Of a DNA stretch of 64,000 bases, positions 40,342 through 50,885 are shown one piece after another. Location of the stretch: positions 288,001 to 352,000 of the forward strand of contig OZ252220.1 of the NCBI GenBank assembly GCA_965249135.1. Reading direction: 5' to 3'. Each line of letters opens with the position of its first letter. Positions within the stretch are counted from its first letter, which is position 1. The stretch is from Alphaproteobacteria bacterium (GTDB lineage: Bacteria > Pseudomonadota > Alphaproteobacteria > GCA-2746255). The notes under the pieces were generated by a model, which saw only the letters and a list, made by a program, of their open reading frames with translations, was not told where the DNA came from and ran no database searches. The translations under genes and the position numbers were made by a program.

Positions 40342-42348
40342 ATGTTGATTCTACCGAAAAACACAAAGAGATCGAGTTCTCATCCGTGGTTCAGGCGAGC
40401 CACCATTTGGTCCGCATTTGCCTCGATGGCACTTACGGCGATGCCCGCGACCGCAGAAGAGGCGGACGCTGAATCTGGCGATCACACGATGCTTCCTGAG
40501 ATCGTCGTCACCGCGACCCGGATTGCGACGCCTAGGGAACAAATCGCCTCTTCGATGACGGTGATTACTGCCGAAGACATCGCACGCCGGCAACACCGTT
40601 CGGTCGGGGACGCGTTGCGCGTCGTGCCAAGCCTAAGCGTCATCCAGAACGGCGCTTCCGGTAAGCTCACGTCGATTTTTAGCCGTGGGACAGAGGCGAA
40701 TCATACGCTTATTCTGCTCGACGGGATCGAGATGAACGATCCCAGCACGACGGATGGCCGCATGAATTTCGCCGGCGTATCGATCGACGACGTCGAACGT
40801 ATCGAGGTCCTGCACGGACCCCAGGGCACGCTGTATGGCTCGGACGCGATCGGTGCCGTCATCAACATCATCACGAAGCGTGGCTCAGGCACGCCGAAGG
40901 CAAGCGTGCAACTGGAAGGGGGGTCTTTCGCGACCTTCAACCAGACGTTAAGCCTGCGTGGGGCAGAGCAGATGTTCGACTACAGCGTCACGCTCGAACG
41001 CAGCAGCACGGACGGGATTTCCGTCTCGCCAGCACGTCTCACGCCGTCGGGCACAAAGAAGGAGAACGATGGCTTTGATAATACGACCATCGCCGCCAAT
41101 CTCGGTCTGACGCCTTCCGATATTCTGTCGTTTCGTTTCACCGGCCGTTTTTTGGACCTTCGAAATGATCTCGACCTGAGTCCGACGGATAACGACAGCC
41201 ATGGCGAAGAAGACCGCCTTTTTCTTGGTGGTAACGCAAGGCTCGAACTCTTCGAGGGTCGGAGCGAGCACCGTTTCGCCGTCACCTACACGGATTACAA
41301 CCGGATCATCCGGAATGACGTGGATGTTTTGAATCCCCTCGACTTCCTGCGCAGCAAGGGCCTTGGCGAGAAGTTGAAATTCGAGCTGCAGAACGATTTC
41401 CGCTTTATCGAAAATCACGTCGTGACCATTGGGGTGGAAACCGAAAAGGAAAAGATCACCACAAGCAGCAATTCGACGAGCGCGTTCGGGCCCTTCACTT
41501 CCTTGGCGAAGGCCGACGCCAGGACGGATGCCATCTATCTCCAGGACCAGATCGCCTATCGCGATCGGTTCTTTGGAACGATCGGCCTTCGACTCGACGA
41601 TCACGACAGCTTCGGCTCGGAAATGACTTATCGCTTCGCGCCTGCGTACTTGCATCGGGAGACGGGAACGAAGATTCGAGGCACCTATGCGAAAGGCTTT
41701 AAGGCGCCCACTCTGTTCGAGCTTTTCGGTGGTTCGGCTTCCTCCTTTGGCAGTTTCAGCGGCAACCCAAATCTGAAGCCCGAAACCAGCCGCGGTTGGG
41801 AGGTTGGGCTCGATCAGTCCTTTTTCGACGATCGGCTGACGCTCAGCCTTACCTATTACGACAACGAGATCAAAAACCTTATCGTCAGCAACAGCACCTT
41901 CACGTCGAATCTCAATCTCGCTGTGGCTGAAACACACGGGATCGAATTTGGCCTCACCGCGAAACTTCTCGAAAATCTCGATCTTGGGGCAAGCTACGCC
42001 TACACGCGCGCCGAGGAGGGCGGAACAACCAGGAAGGAACTGTTGCGGCGGCCGTTGCACAAGGCAACCTTCGACCTTTCCTATCGTCCGATAGCGCCGC
42101 TTTCGCTTACCCTCTCGGGTTCCTACATTGGCCGCCGCTACGACATCGACGCGGTGACCTTTGGGCGGATCAAGGACCCCGGCTACTTTCTTGCGAATAT
42201 CGCCGCGTCTTACGACGTGGCCGAGGAGTGGCAGGCCTTTGGCCGGATCGAGAACCTCTTCAGCAAGCATTACGAAGATCCGGACGGCTTCGACCAACCG
42301 GGCTTTGGCTTCTTCCTCGGCGTGAAGAAGACTCTGGAGGCCTTCTGA
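40342..42348 (+). CDS. btuB: TonB-dependent cobalamin receptor
   Basis: EIVVTATR TonB box, plug LYGSDAIGAVINIITK, C-terminal Phe; B12 riboswitch upstream. Confidence 0.88.
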   Translation: MLILPKNTKRSSSHPWFRRATIWSAFASMALTAMPATAEEADAESGDHTMLPEIVVTATRIATPREQIASSMTVITAEDIARRQHRSVGDALRVVPSLSVIQNGASGKLTSIFSRGTEANHTLILLDGIEMNDPSTTDGRMNFAGVSIDDVERIEVLHGPQGTLYGSDAIGAVINIITKRGSGTPKASVQLEGGSFATFNQTLSLRGAEQMFDYSVTLERSSTDGISVSPARLTPSGTKKENDGFDNTTIAANLGLTPSDILSFRFTGRFLDLRNDLDLSPTDNDSHGEEDRLFLGGNARLELFEGRSEHRFAVTYTDYNRIIRNDVDVLNPLDFLRSKGLGEKLKFELQNDFRFIENHVVTIGVETEKEKITTSSNSTSAFGPFTSLAKADARTDAIYLQDQIAYRDRFFGTIGLRLDDHDSFGSEMTYRFAPAYLHRETGTKIRGTYAKGFKAPTLFELFGGSASSFGSFSGNPNLKPETSRGWEVGLDQSFFDDRLTLSLTYYDNEIKNLIVSNSTFTSNLNLAVAETHGIEFGLTAKLLENLDLGASYAYTRAEEGGTTRKELLRRPLHKATFDLSYRPIAPLSLTLSGSYIGRRYDIDAVTFGRIKDPGYFLANIAASYDVAEEWQAFGRIENLFSKHYEDPDGFDQPGFGFFLGVKKTLEAF

Positions 42349-43190
42349 TGCCGCATTGGAGGCAGATGTGCGTCTTTGCTGCGATGGCCATGCTCATGGC
42401 CTTTGTGGAAGGCCCGGCATCTGCCTCCGAGGCCCGGCCGGTTCGCATCGTCTCCATCAACTTATGCGCAGACCAGCTGGTGCTTCTCCTGGTCGAGCCG
42501 GAACGCATCCGTTCGTTGAGCTACTACGCCCTCGATGCCGATGAATCCTACTACGCCGAGCGCGCAAAAGCATTTCATATCAACCACGTAACGGCGGATG
42601 AGGTGCTGGCGCTCGAGCCGGATCTGGTGTTGGCCGGGGTCTATACGAAGCGCTCGACGGTCGGCATGTTGAAGCGCCAGGGGGTGCGCGTCGTCGAACT
42701 CGGTGTGCCGCGCACGATCGATGAAATTCACACCCGGTTTCTGGAGGTGGCGGAACTGCTGGGTGCCAGGGCACGCGGCGAAGAATTGCTTGCCGGGATG
42801 ACGCGAAGGCTTGAGGCCGTCGCTTCCCGAAGCCAGGGGCCGAAGCCTTTGGCGGTCGTCTATTTCGCAAACGGTCTGACGGCGGGGAAGGGGACGCTGA
42901 TGGATGACGTGATGCGCAGGGCGGGAATCGAAAACCTGGCGGCCCGTTTCGGCATCGAGGGTTTCGGCAACCTCTCCCTCGAACGACTTCTCGTCAGCAA
43001 GCCGGACATGATCATCCTCGGTCATATCACGCCGGAAGAACCCTCGCTTGCCCGCATGACGCTCGAGCATCCCGCCTTCCGCTACCTTCGGGGACGCACG
43101 AAGACGGTGGCGCTGCCGCGTCGCATCTGGACCTGTTGGGGACCTTTCACGGCGGAGTGGGTCGAACGCCTGGTGGAGGGACGGCCATGA
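42348..43190 (+). CDS. btuF: Cobalamin ABC transporter substrate-binding protein
   Basis: RIVSINLCADQL, EVLALEPDLVL. Confidence 0.85.
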   Translation: MPHWRQMCVFAAMAMLMAFVEGPASASEARPVRIVSINLCADQLVLLLVEPERIRSLSYYALDADESYYAERAKAFHINHVTADEVLALEPDLVLAGVYTKRSTVGMLKRQGVRVVELGVPRTIDEIHTRFLEVAELLGARARGEELLAGMTRRLEAVASRSQGPKPLAVVYFANGLTAGKGTLMDDVMRRAGIENLAARFGIEGFGNLSLERLLVSKPDMIILGHITPEEPSLARMTLEHPAFRYLRGRTKTVALPRRIWTCWGPFTAEWVERLVEGRP

Positions 43191-44218
43191 CGGAGGCCCC
43201 CATGCCGTCGAGTAAGGTCGCGAAGGTGATGCCACTCTATCCGCTCATCGCCGGCCTGCTCGTGGTGCTGCTGGTGCTTGCCGGGTTTTCCCTCGCCCTC
43301 GGCAGGGTCGAAATACCGCTTCTGGCGGCGGCAATGGGCATATTTGCGGCCGACCCGCCGCTTACCTCGATCCTGCTTGCCGAAATTCGCCTGCCGCGCA
43401 CGCTGCTGGCCATCCTCGTCGGTGGCAGTCTCGGGCTTTGCGGGGCGGCACTCCAGGGACTGCTTCGCAATCCGCTCGCCGCCCCCGGACTCATCGGGGT
43501 TTCCAGCAGTGCGGCCCTTGGTTCGGTCCTCGTGCTTTATTTCGGTTACGCCGAAACCTTTTTCCTAGCGCTTCCCATGGGCGGCGTTGTCGGCGCGCTC
43601 GTCGTCGTCCTCCTCATCTATGGAATTGCCGGACGGGATTCGAGCATCTTGACGCTGATCCTCGCCGGTGTGGCGATCAGCGGCTTTGCGTCCGCACTCA
43701 CCTCGCTTGCGCTCAACCTCGCGCCAAGCCCGTATGCTGCCTATGAGATCGTATTCTGGATCCTTGGATCGGTCGCGGATCGTAGCTTCGATCATATCGC
43801 CTTCGTTGCCCCTCTCATGGCGGTCGGATGGGTTCTGCTCTTGCGGACTGGACGCGCGCTCGATGCGCTTTCGCTTGGCGAGGAGACGGCGGCAACCTTG
43901 GGCTTCAACCTGCCCCGGGTGCGCTTTGCCGTGATCGTCGGCACCGCCCTTGCGGTAGGCGCGGCCGTTTCCGTGACCGGCGTCATCGCCTTCATCGGTC
44001 TCGTTGTGCCACATCTGATGCGCCCGTTTGTAGGCCACCAGCCGTCACGCTTGCTTGGTGTCAGCGCCCTGGGTGGCGCCATCCTTGTGCTTGCGGGCGA
44101 CATCGCCGTTCGCGTTTTTTCGCCGGGCCTCGAACTCAAGCTCGGTGTGTTGACCGCAATGATCGGCGCCCCCTTCTTCCTCTATCTCATCTTGAAGACC
44201 CGGAGGGAGATGCAATGA
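43187..44218 (+). CDS. btuC: Cobalamin ABC transporter permease (FecCD family)
   Basis: EIRLPR, QGLLRNPLA, FIGLVVPH, GAPFFL. Confidence 0.88.
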   Translation: MTEAPMPSSKVAKVMPLYPLIAGLLVVLLVLAGFSLALGRVEIPLLAAAMGIFAADPPLTSILLAEIRLPRTLLAILVGGSLGLCGAALQGLLRNPLAAPGLIGVSSSAALGSVLVLYFGYAETFFLALPMGGVVGALVVVLLIYGIAGRDSSILTLILAGVAISGFASALTSLALNLAPSPYAAYEIVFWILGSVADRSFDHIAFVAPLMAVGWVLLLRTGRALDALSLGEETAATLGFNLPRVRFAVIVGTALAVGAAVSVTGVIAFIGLVVPHLMRPFVGHQPSRLLGVSALGGAILVLAGDIAVRVFSPGLELKLGVLTAMIGAPFFLYLILKTRREMQ

Positions 44219-45021
44219 ACCTGATCGAAGGCAACGCCATTGCGGTTCGTTTCGGGGACAACGTCATTCTTGATGGTGTGGACCTTGCCGCAAGGGAAGG
44301 CGAGCTTATCGGTCTCATTGGAGAGAACGGTGCCGGCAAGACGACGTTGCTTCGGGTGCTGGCAAATCTGCTGCCGACGGAAAAGGGGGAAGTGCGCTTT
44401 CGTGGCGATGACATTCAGGCAATTTCGCGCCGCACTTACGCGCGTGAGATGGCCTACCTTCCGCAAGCCGCCATCAGTCACTGGCCGCTCGAGGTGCGCC
44501 ACCTCGTCGCCCTTGGCCGGCTTCCCCATCGCGATCCTTGGCAGCGACTCGCCGAGGCCGATCTCGAACGCGTTGAGACCGTTCTTCGTTGGACGGATAC
44601 GATTCATCTGGCCACCCGTACGGTCACCACGCTTTCCGGGGGCGAGCTCGTGCGCGTCATGCTGGCCCGTGCCCTTGCCTCCGAACCAAAGCTGCTGCTG
44701 GCGGATGAGCCGGTCACCTCGCTCGATCCCTTTCACCAGCTCCAGGTCATGGAGCTTCTGCGCGACATCGTAAAGCGCGATGCTTGCGTCCTCGTCGTTC
44801 TGCACGACCTGGCGCTTGCGGCACGGTTCTGCGATCGGTTGCTGCTGTTGCATGCCGGCAAGGTGATGGCGGAAGGGCCACCGGAAGCGGTGCTTACGCC
44901 TTCGAATCTGGAGGCGGCCTACGCGATTGCCGCGGAATTCGGTGAACGCGAAGGAACCATGTACTTGCTGCCATGGCAACGCCTTGAAACAGGGGCAGGT
45001 GGGGACGGAGGGAAGGAATGA
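44215..45021 (+). CDS. btuD: Cobalamin ABC transporter ATPase
   Basis: GENGAGKT, LSGGE, LLADEP, VLHDL. Confidence 0.88.
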   Translation: MNLIEGNAIAVRFGDNVILDGVDLAAREGELIGLIGENGAGKTTLLRVLANLLPTEKGEVRFRGDDIQAISRRTYAREMAYLPQAAISHWPLEVRHLVALGRLPHRDPWQRLAEADLERVETVLRWTDTIHLATRTVTTLSGGELVRVMLARALASEPKLLLADEPVTSLDPFHQLQVMELLRDIVKRDACVLVVLHDLALAARFCDRLLLLHAGKVMAEGPPEAVLTPSNLEAAYAIAAEFGEREGTMYLLPWQRLETGAGGDGGKE

Positions 45022-45776
45022 CGATTTCGCCCATCCGACTCATCGCCTATTTTTCCTCGGTACTTGTTCATGCAGGAGTCGTTGGCGCGGTCTTGTTTTA
45101 TCCGGATTACAAGCCACCCAGGATCGCCGAGACGGTGGGGATCGAGGTCGAGATCATGGCGGAACTACCGGGAGGCCGGCTGGAGAACGCGGCGCAGGAT
45201 CCCGTCGACGGGGTGTCACTGCAAGCGCGGCAAACGAACACTGAGCCCACACAAAAACGACCGGCCCCGATCAGGCAGGCAGAATCGAAATCTCTTTCGC
45301 CGCTACCCCCGCCGCCACAAAAGCCCGAATCTCACGCGGGCGTAGCAAGCGTGGTGCCGCCCATGACCCCGACCGAGAAGAAGGAGCAGGACACCCCACC
45401 ACCTGCGGAACGGCAAGAAAATCTGGCCGCGTTCTCACCGGCGGCCGGCGCGCACGTGGCCAGCGAGGCGGCGGTAAAGGCCGCCGAAAAGGGGCCGGGC
45501 GTGGCCCCGCGGCTGCTTGCCAATCCGAAGCCGGTCTATCCGAAACGGGCCCGGAAACAGGGCGTGGAGGGGCGGGTCCTGCTGCGTGTCCTGGTCGGCA
45601 CGACGGGCGAGAGCCTCAACGTGACGACGCTTCAATCGAGCGGGCATCCGATCCTCGACGAAGCGGCGAGCCAGGCGGTGCAGAAATGGCGATTCATACC
45701 GGCCCAACGCGCCGGCTTGCCCGTAGCGGCGGCCCTCGATATTCCGATCGTCTTCCGGATCAAGAAGGAAGACTAG
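45018..45776 (+). CDS. tonB: Energy transducer TonB
   Basis: TM with S..H motif, Pro-rich linker, YP..ARKQGVEG, SSGHPILD. Confidence 0.9.
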   Translation: MTISPIRLIAYFSSVLVHAGVVGAVLFYPDYKPPRIAETVGIEVEIMAELPGGRLENAAQDPVDGVSLQARQTNTEPTQKRPAPIRQAESKSLSPLPPPPQKPESHAGVASVVPPMTPTEKKEQDTPPPAERQENLAAFSPAAGAHVASEAAVKAAEKGPGVAPRLLANPKPVYPKRARKQGVEGRVLLRVLVGTTGESLNVTTLQSSGHPILDEAASQAVQKWRFIPAQRAGLPVAAALDIPIVFRIKKED

Positions 45777-45779
45777 GCC

Positions 45780-46652
45780 TTAATCGCCGCGCCGAAGCCG
45801 CGCGATCAGGCTCGACGTGTCCCAGCGTTCGCCGCCCATCTCGGCAATCTCCGCGTAGAAACGCTCGACCAGTTCGGTAACGGGAAGTTCGGCGCCGATT
45901 TTCTCTGCCTCGCGAAAACAGATCGCCAGATCCTTTTGCATCCATTTCACGGCAAAGCCGAAATCGAATTTGCCCTCAAGCATCGTTCGGGCGCGGTTCT
46001 CCATCTGCCAGGATTGGGCGGCGCCCTTCGTGATGACGTCGATGACCTTCTCCATGTCGAGGCCGGCGCGCCGTCCGAAATCGAGGCCTTCGGCCAACGC
46101 CTCGAGCAGCCCCGCGGCACAAATCTGGTTCACCATCTTCGTCAGTTGGCCGGTGCCGACGTCACCCATACGCTGGATGGTCTGCCCATAGGCCTCGATG
46201 ATGGGTTTCGCACGGTCGAAATCGGCCGCTTCACCTCCCATCATCACGGTCAGCGTCCCCTTCTTCGCGCCCGCCTCGCCGCCTGAGACGGGGGCGTCGA
46301 GAAAGGCAATCCCGCTTTTCTCTCCCTTTTGTGCAAGCTCCCGCGCGATTTGTGCCGAGGCCGTCGTATGGTCGATGAACGTCGTGCCCCCCTTCATGCC
46401 GGCGAAGGCGCCATCCTCCCCAAGCACGGCGCTTTTGAGGTCGGCGTCGTTGCCAACGCACGTGAAGACGAAGTGGGCCCCGGAAGCGGCTTCCCTCGGC
46501 GTGTGGGCGAGTGCGCCCCTGTATTCACGCACCCACGCTTCCGCCTTCGAAGGCGTGCGGTTCGCTACCGTTACCTGGTGGCCGGCGGCGGCCAGATGAC
46601 CGGCCATCGGCAACCCCATGACTCCAAGACCGATGAAGGCAACGCGGGCCAT
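45780..46652 (-). CDS. NAD(P)-dependent oxidoreductase, 3-hydroxyisobutyrate dehydrogenase family
   Basis: FIGLGVMG, DAPVSGG, KMVNQ, KDL. Confidence 0.92.
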   Translation of the reverse strand: MARVAFIGLGVMGLPMAGHLAAAGHQVTVANRTPSKAEAWVREYRGALAHTPREAASGAHFVFTCVGNDADLKSAVLGEDGAFAGMKGGTTFIDHTTASAQIARELAQKGEKSGIAFLDAPVSGGEAGAKKGTLTVMMGGEAADFDRAKPIIEAYGQTIQRMGDVGTGQLTKMVNQICAAGLLEALAEGLDFGRRAGLDMEKVIDVITKGAAQSWQMENRARTMLEGKFDFGFAVKWMQKDLAICFREAEKIGAELPVTELVERFYAEIAEMGGERWDTSSLIARLRRGD

Positions 46653-46671
46653 GCTTCGGTTTCCTTAGGCG

Positions 46672-47193
46672 CTAAACTTTTTGCCAGTTGCAGGTGAGGC
46701 GCAGGTCTTCCGTCGTGTTCACGACCGTCGCGATGCAGGCATCCGCGCGGTCTTCCGGAATCCAGACGGCGAAGCGGATCAAATACTGGTCGCCTTCGGT
46801 TTGGGGAACTTTCTCGGCATGCATGCCGACGATGTTCGCGCCGTATTGCACGAAGACCTCGGAAAGCCTGGCGATCAGGCCGGGGCTGTCACCCCCTGTG
46901 ACGCGGATGTAGTGGGTAAGTTGACCCGAAGGGCCATGCACGGAAGGAAGCTCGAAATGACTGACGGTGACTTTGCCGTCGCCGATTTCCTGCAGGGCGC
47001 CCAGCTCCTGCTCGACCGTCTCCGGCGAGACCGCATCCGGAATCTCGACAAGGGAAGTGAACTCGGCGCCCTCGCCAAGAACGGCAAAGGTCGTATCCCC
47101 CAGATTGGCGCCAAGCTCGAAAAGACGCCCGGTAATTGCCGAAATCAGACCCGTGCGGTCCGCACAAAGGATGGAAACGAGGATGGTTTTCAT
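46672..47193 (-). CDS. Tandem ACT domain protein (GcvR-like)
   Basis: DRTGLI..GANL and DSPGLI..GANI. Confidence 0.85.
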   Translation of the reverse strand: MKTILVSILCADRTGLISAITGRLFELGANLGDTTFAVLGEGAEFTSLVEIPDAVSPETVEQELGALQEIGDGKVTVSHFELPSVHGPSGQLTHYIRVTGGDSPGLIARLSEVFVQYGANIVGMHAEKVPQTEGDQYLIRFAVWIPEDRADACIATVVNTTEDLRLTCNWQKV

Positions 47194-47271
47194 CGTGAAA
47201 GGCGGTCTTGGGAAAAAGAGCCCCTATCATGGGCGAAAAGCGGGCCTGTGGAAAGGAGAAGGAAGGTGGCT

Positions 47272-47967
47272 CTAACAGGGATAGCCATCGAAATTTCGAG
47301 CGTAGCCATCGAAAAGATCGAGCATGCGCTCGCGCCATTCCCAAATGGGGTCGTCGTCGGCGAGCAGGATGAACGGTGACACGCAACGGGCCCATTGGAA
47401 GGCCCCGAAAACGATGTAGTCCGCATACGCCGGCGTTTCCCCACAAATAAAGGGCTCCTTTCCAAGTGTGTAACGAAGGACGTCCAGGCGCTTTCGAAAG
47501 GGCTCGAGACGCGCATCCCGTGTTGCCTGGACCTCTTCGAGCGGGCCCTTCAACCACTTCTCACGGGTTTTCCGGAAATGTTCGCGATCTTCCTCCCGGA
47601 CATGGTCGAAGATGTCCTTCACGACCATCGGAAAGAGCTCGACGATCAGGACGCGGGTCGCCCAACTGTTGATGAAGAGGGCTTCGCCCCGTGCCGCGCC
47701 GCATCCGAAAAGAGCGGGGTATTCCGGGTAGGTGTCCTCGAGGTAGCAGGCGATGTCCCAGGAATCGGAAACCGCTTTCCCGTTGTCGATGATCACGGGA
47801 ACCAGTTTCTGACCGCTGAATGCGATCTTCTCTTTTTCCGTGAAGCCGACGGGAACGATCTCGTCCGGAAGGAGGCCCTTATGGGCAAGCGCCATCCGGG
47901 TTCGCCAGCAGAAGGGGCTGAAGCGCTTGTCCTCGGCACCCCACAATTCGTAAAGCGTAAGCGACAT
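47272..47967 (-). CDS. Glutathione S-transferase family protein (LigE-like)
   Basis: FSPFCWRTRMALAHKG, VPV, DSWDIA, ADY. Confidence 0.88.
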   Translation of the reverse strand: MSLTLYELWGAEDKRFSPFCWRTRMALAHKGLLPDEIVPVGFTEKEKIAFSGQKLVPVIIDNGKAVSDSWDIACYLEDTYPEYPALFGCGAARGEALFINSWATRVLIVELFPMVVKDIFDHVREEDREHFRKTREKWLKGPLEEVQATRDARLEPFRKRLDVLRYTLGKEPFICGETPAYADYIVFGAFQWARCVSPFILLADDDPIWEWRERMLDLFDGYARNFDGYPC

Positions 47968-48053
47968 CGTCCTCCCCTTGGGCGTCCATTGGACACTAAC
48001 CTACCGCCATCGTCTCCGGCGGTGCAATCCGGGGAAGGGCTTGGAAAAAGAAT

Positions 48054-48080
48054 GCCCCGTCTCTTAAGAAGAGACGGGGC
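48054..48080 (-). terminator. Hairpin terminator
   Basis: 12-bp stem gccccgtctctt-aag-aagagacggggc, followed by a T-rich tract on the minus strand. Confidence 0.7.
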
Positions 48081-48092
48081 TTAGGGGGAGGC

Positions 48093-48839
48093 TCAATAAA
48101 CGCCTGGAATTACTCGCGAAGTACGGGCCGCATAGGCCGCGTATTCCGGAAAGGCTTGCCGCAGGACCGCCTCCTCATTCCGCATGCGCTGAATCTGGAT
48201 CGCGACATGGATGAAAAGCAGAAGAACGGCCGGAAGGGAGAAGAAGATCACGATCGCGCCAAGCACGGCGATTTCCTCGGCGAGGTAAAGCGGATGCCGC
48301 ACGAAGGCGTAGGGCCCGTGCGTCACCAACTCACGCGCTTCGGCCATGATGCTGAACGAACGGCCGAGATAGCTGATTGCAATGACGCAAAACGCGCTTC
48401 CCGTCGCAACCAGGGTTAAACCGAGAATGCTTTGGGAAAGCGTTGGCTCGGGCGGCGGCAATAGGACAAGCGCCATCAAAAGGAAGGTCCCGGTCAGCGC
48501 CGAGACGCGCGGCTGGAGTCCGGCAGCCTTGCTGACCGGCGGTTTCCTGATCAGAAACAGCACGACGATGAGCGACATGAAAAGAATTCGTGCAGCCGAG
48601 GGAGCGGCGGAAGCGGCGAATTGGGCTTGCGTTACCGCGATCGCCGGTTCCAGAAGAAGCCGGGTGAGATCGGCTGCCTCCGCCAGAACGAGCAGCAGAA
48701 AATAGGCAGCCGGCACGACTCCGCTCAGTACGTTGAAGATGCGATGGTCCGTGATTCGCCGGAAGATGGCGCCGAAGATATCAAGGACCGCGCCGCCATC
48801 CTTTTCAGGGAAAATTTCCGTGGCCGTTGCGTCTTTCAT
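48093..48839 (-). CDS. Isoprenylcysteine carboxyl methyltransferase family membrane protein
   Basis: LGRSFS..LVTHGPYAFVRHPLY, EEAVL..FPEY..Y..RT..IPGVY. Confidence 0.88.
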   Translation of the reverse strand: MKDATATEIFPEKDGGAVLDIFGAIFRRITDHRIFNVLSGVVPAAYFLLLVLAEAADLTRLLLEPAIAVTQAQFAASAAPSAARILFMSLIVVLFLIRKPPVSKAAGLQPRVSALTGTFLLMALVLLPPPEPTLSQSILGLTLVATGSAFCVIAISYLGRSFSIMAEARELVTHGPYAFVRHPLYLAEEIAVLGAIVIFFSLPAVLLLFIHVAIQIQRMRNEEAVLRQAFPEYAAYAARTSRVIPGVY

Positions 48840-48852
48840 GTCGCTTGCCTGG

Positions 48853-50307
48853 CTATTTCGAAAGCCGGAGTTCGGAAAGATGGTTTGCGATCTCTTGAAA
48901 TACCTGCTGCAGCGTCGCCGCATCCGGTGCGTAGTGGTAGTAAGGCGCGTTCGGCTCCGTCGCGACGCTTTCCATTAAGGCCTGCAGCGCACCACCGCTG
49001 TTCGCGAACTGAATCGTATAGATGGTGACGCCGCCCGATTTGATGGTGCCGGCGAGTTGGGTAAGCTTTGGGTTCATTTCTATGCCGGCGCCCGTGCCGA
49101 GTCCGAAGGCCCCCTTGTAGCCATCTCCGGAACCTCCATAGTTTTCGCCGTCCGTCAGCAAAATGATTGCTTGCTGACGAGCGAAGTCAGGGTCCGGATC
49201 CGCTTGCGCAAAGGGGGCGCCCGGCATGAGCACGCGCCAGGCCCAGGCAAGGCCCTGGGGGATGTTCGTCGTGCCCGTCGGGGACGTCAATTCATCGATC
49301 GCGGTCTGAATCGTGGTTTTCGTGTTTTGCAATGGCGTGATGCCTTGATTCAGGCAGGGACGGCATTCGGACCCGTTGATGGCAAGCGCACAATCCGTCC
49401 AACCCGGTACGGGTTCGCCTTCCGGCCCGGTCAGCTCCCAGGCGAACCATTCGAAGCCGCTCTTCGTGACCTCGTAAAGGTCGAGATCCGCATCGTTCAG
49501 GTCATCCCCGTCGTCGAGGTAACGCTGATACACACAGCCCTGCCAATCCGGCGGCGGTGGCGCGAGAAGCGGCACCGATGAATTGTTCGGAACATAAACC
49601 TGGGTCTGGGGCGCGCCGGTGATCGGGTTCGTAAAGGCCGGGACGGCGTTCGTCGTGGTGAGCGTAGCGTCATAAGCCTCGCCGTTCCGCATGACATTCA
49701 CTTTTGAGCTCCAGGGCACGAGGCCGATATTCAAAAGCGGCTTCGTTTCATCATTTCCGAACAGGATATTGACGAGTTCCGTTGCCGCACCGCGCGCCGC
49801 TTCGATGCGCGACCCGCCGCCGCTGGCACTCGAGCTCATCGAGCCCGACATGTCGATCGCGAGCACGACGTCCAACATCTGGGTCTGCCGCGACACCTCC
49901 GTCTCTGCCGAAACGTTCAGCGTGTCGAAGCCGAAGGCATGTATGAAGGTGGTGTTGATCGAGGCGGACGCGCTGAGCGTGATGACCTCGTTGTTCGCAT
50001 CGACCGTGAAAGTGGGTCCCGTTACGGTCGCGCCGAGATAGCCCGGCGGGAAATTCGCATCGAAATACATCTGAATGTCGGCGTCCCGGTTCTCCGAGAA
50101 CATGACCCGGCCGCCGGCCAGCGCCGCCGAGTCGAGGGCGCGGGAAAGCCGCGCCTTTACGAGGTAGCCGCGTGCCGCGTCCGTCGCGATGCCCAGGAAC
50201 CCTACCGTCGGAAGGATCGCCGCCGCCAGGAAGACCGCAATTATGCCCTTTCGATCCCTTGCCAGCGGCACGAGCCCAAGCCAGAGCCGCTTCAGCCACG
50301 CTTTCAT
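48853..50307 (-). CDS. TadG-like pilus adhesin with VWA domain
   Basis: RDRKG + hydrophobic pilin-like N-terminus, ALDSAALAG, MIDAS DMSGS, LTDG. Confidence 0.9.
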   Translation of the reverse strand: MKAWLKRLWLGLVPLARDRKGIIAVFLAAAILPTVGFLGIATDAARGYLVKARLSRALDSAALAGGRVMFSENRDADIQMYFDANFPPGYLGATVTGPTFTVDANNEVITLSASASINTTFIHAFGFDTLNVSAETEVSRQTQMLDVVLAIDMSGSMSSSASGGGSRIEAARGAATELVNILFGNDETKPLLNIGLVPWSSKVNVMRNGEAYDATLTTTNAVPAFTNPITGAPQTQVYVPNNSSVPLLAPPPPDWQGCVYQRYLDDGDDLNDADLDLYEVTKSGFEWFAWELTGPEGEPVPGWTDCALAINGSECRPCLNQGITPLQNTKTTIQTAIDELTSPTGTTNIPQGLAWAWRVLMPGAPFAQADPDPDFARQQAIILLTDGENYGGSGDGYKGAFGLGTGAGIEMNPKLTQLAGTIKSGGVTIYTIQFANSGGALQALMESVATEPNAPYYHYAPDAATLQQVFQEIANHLSELRLSK

Positions 50308-50373
50308 CGCCTGGTTCCTCCCGGTTGCAGGAAGATCACCGGAATGATCGGGCGGAATTCTAGGAATAGCGTA

Positions 50374-50388
50374 TTAATGATTGGTTAA
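50374..50388. promoter_or_regulatory. Consensus CtrA box
   Basis: TTAA-TGATTGG-TTAA in the AT-rich divergent region; a second near-match at 50496-50511. Confidence 0.75.
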
Positions 50389-50562
50389 GTTTTATGTACA
50401 ACTAAATATAAAATAAATAAAAAAATTTTATTTAAATGTATTCATAACGCTTATTACTTTTTATATTAATCGTATTATTGTTTTTTATATGGAGATTTAC
50501 TTTTCATTAACATTTTACTCTTATAAAAACGTCTATTAGCTTCATCCAGGAGGAACCAAGCT

Positions 50563-50739
50563 ATGAAGACGTTACGCGAATTTCTGAAGGACGAATCCGG
50601 TGCGACCGCGATCGAGTACGGCCTGATCGCCGCCCTCGTGTCGGTTGCGGCGATTGGCGCCCTGCAGGCGATGGGAACCTCGTTGAACACGATGTTCACG
50701 GCCGTTTCGACCGCCTTGGACACCGCGGTGAATCCGTAA
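50563..50739 (+). CDS. flp: Flp/Fap family type IV pilin (not in ORF track)
   Basis: MKTLREFLKDESG|ATAIEYGLIAALVSV..., 58 aa, AGGAGG RBS. Confidence 0.96.
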   Translation: MKTLREFLKDESGATAIEYGLIAALVSVAAIGALQAMGTSLNTMFTAVSTALDTAVNP

Positions 50740-50885
50740 GGGGCACTTAATGTTTGAGGATGTCGGAGGCGGGGATGCAGATGCGTACTGATAACTGCCG
50801 TGAAGATTGGGCGACGGGGTCACCCCGTGTCCCTTGCCTCCGCTCTCCTTGCTTCCTGCAATTTTCCTAGGGGGAGGGTTGCAAA

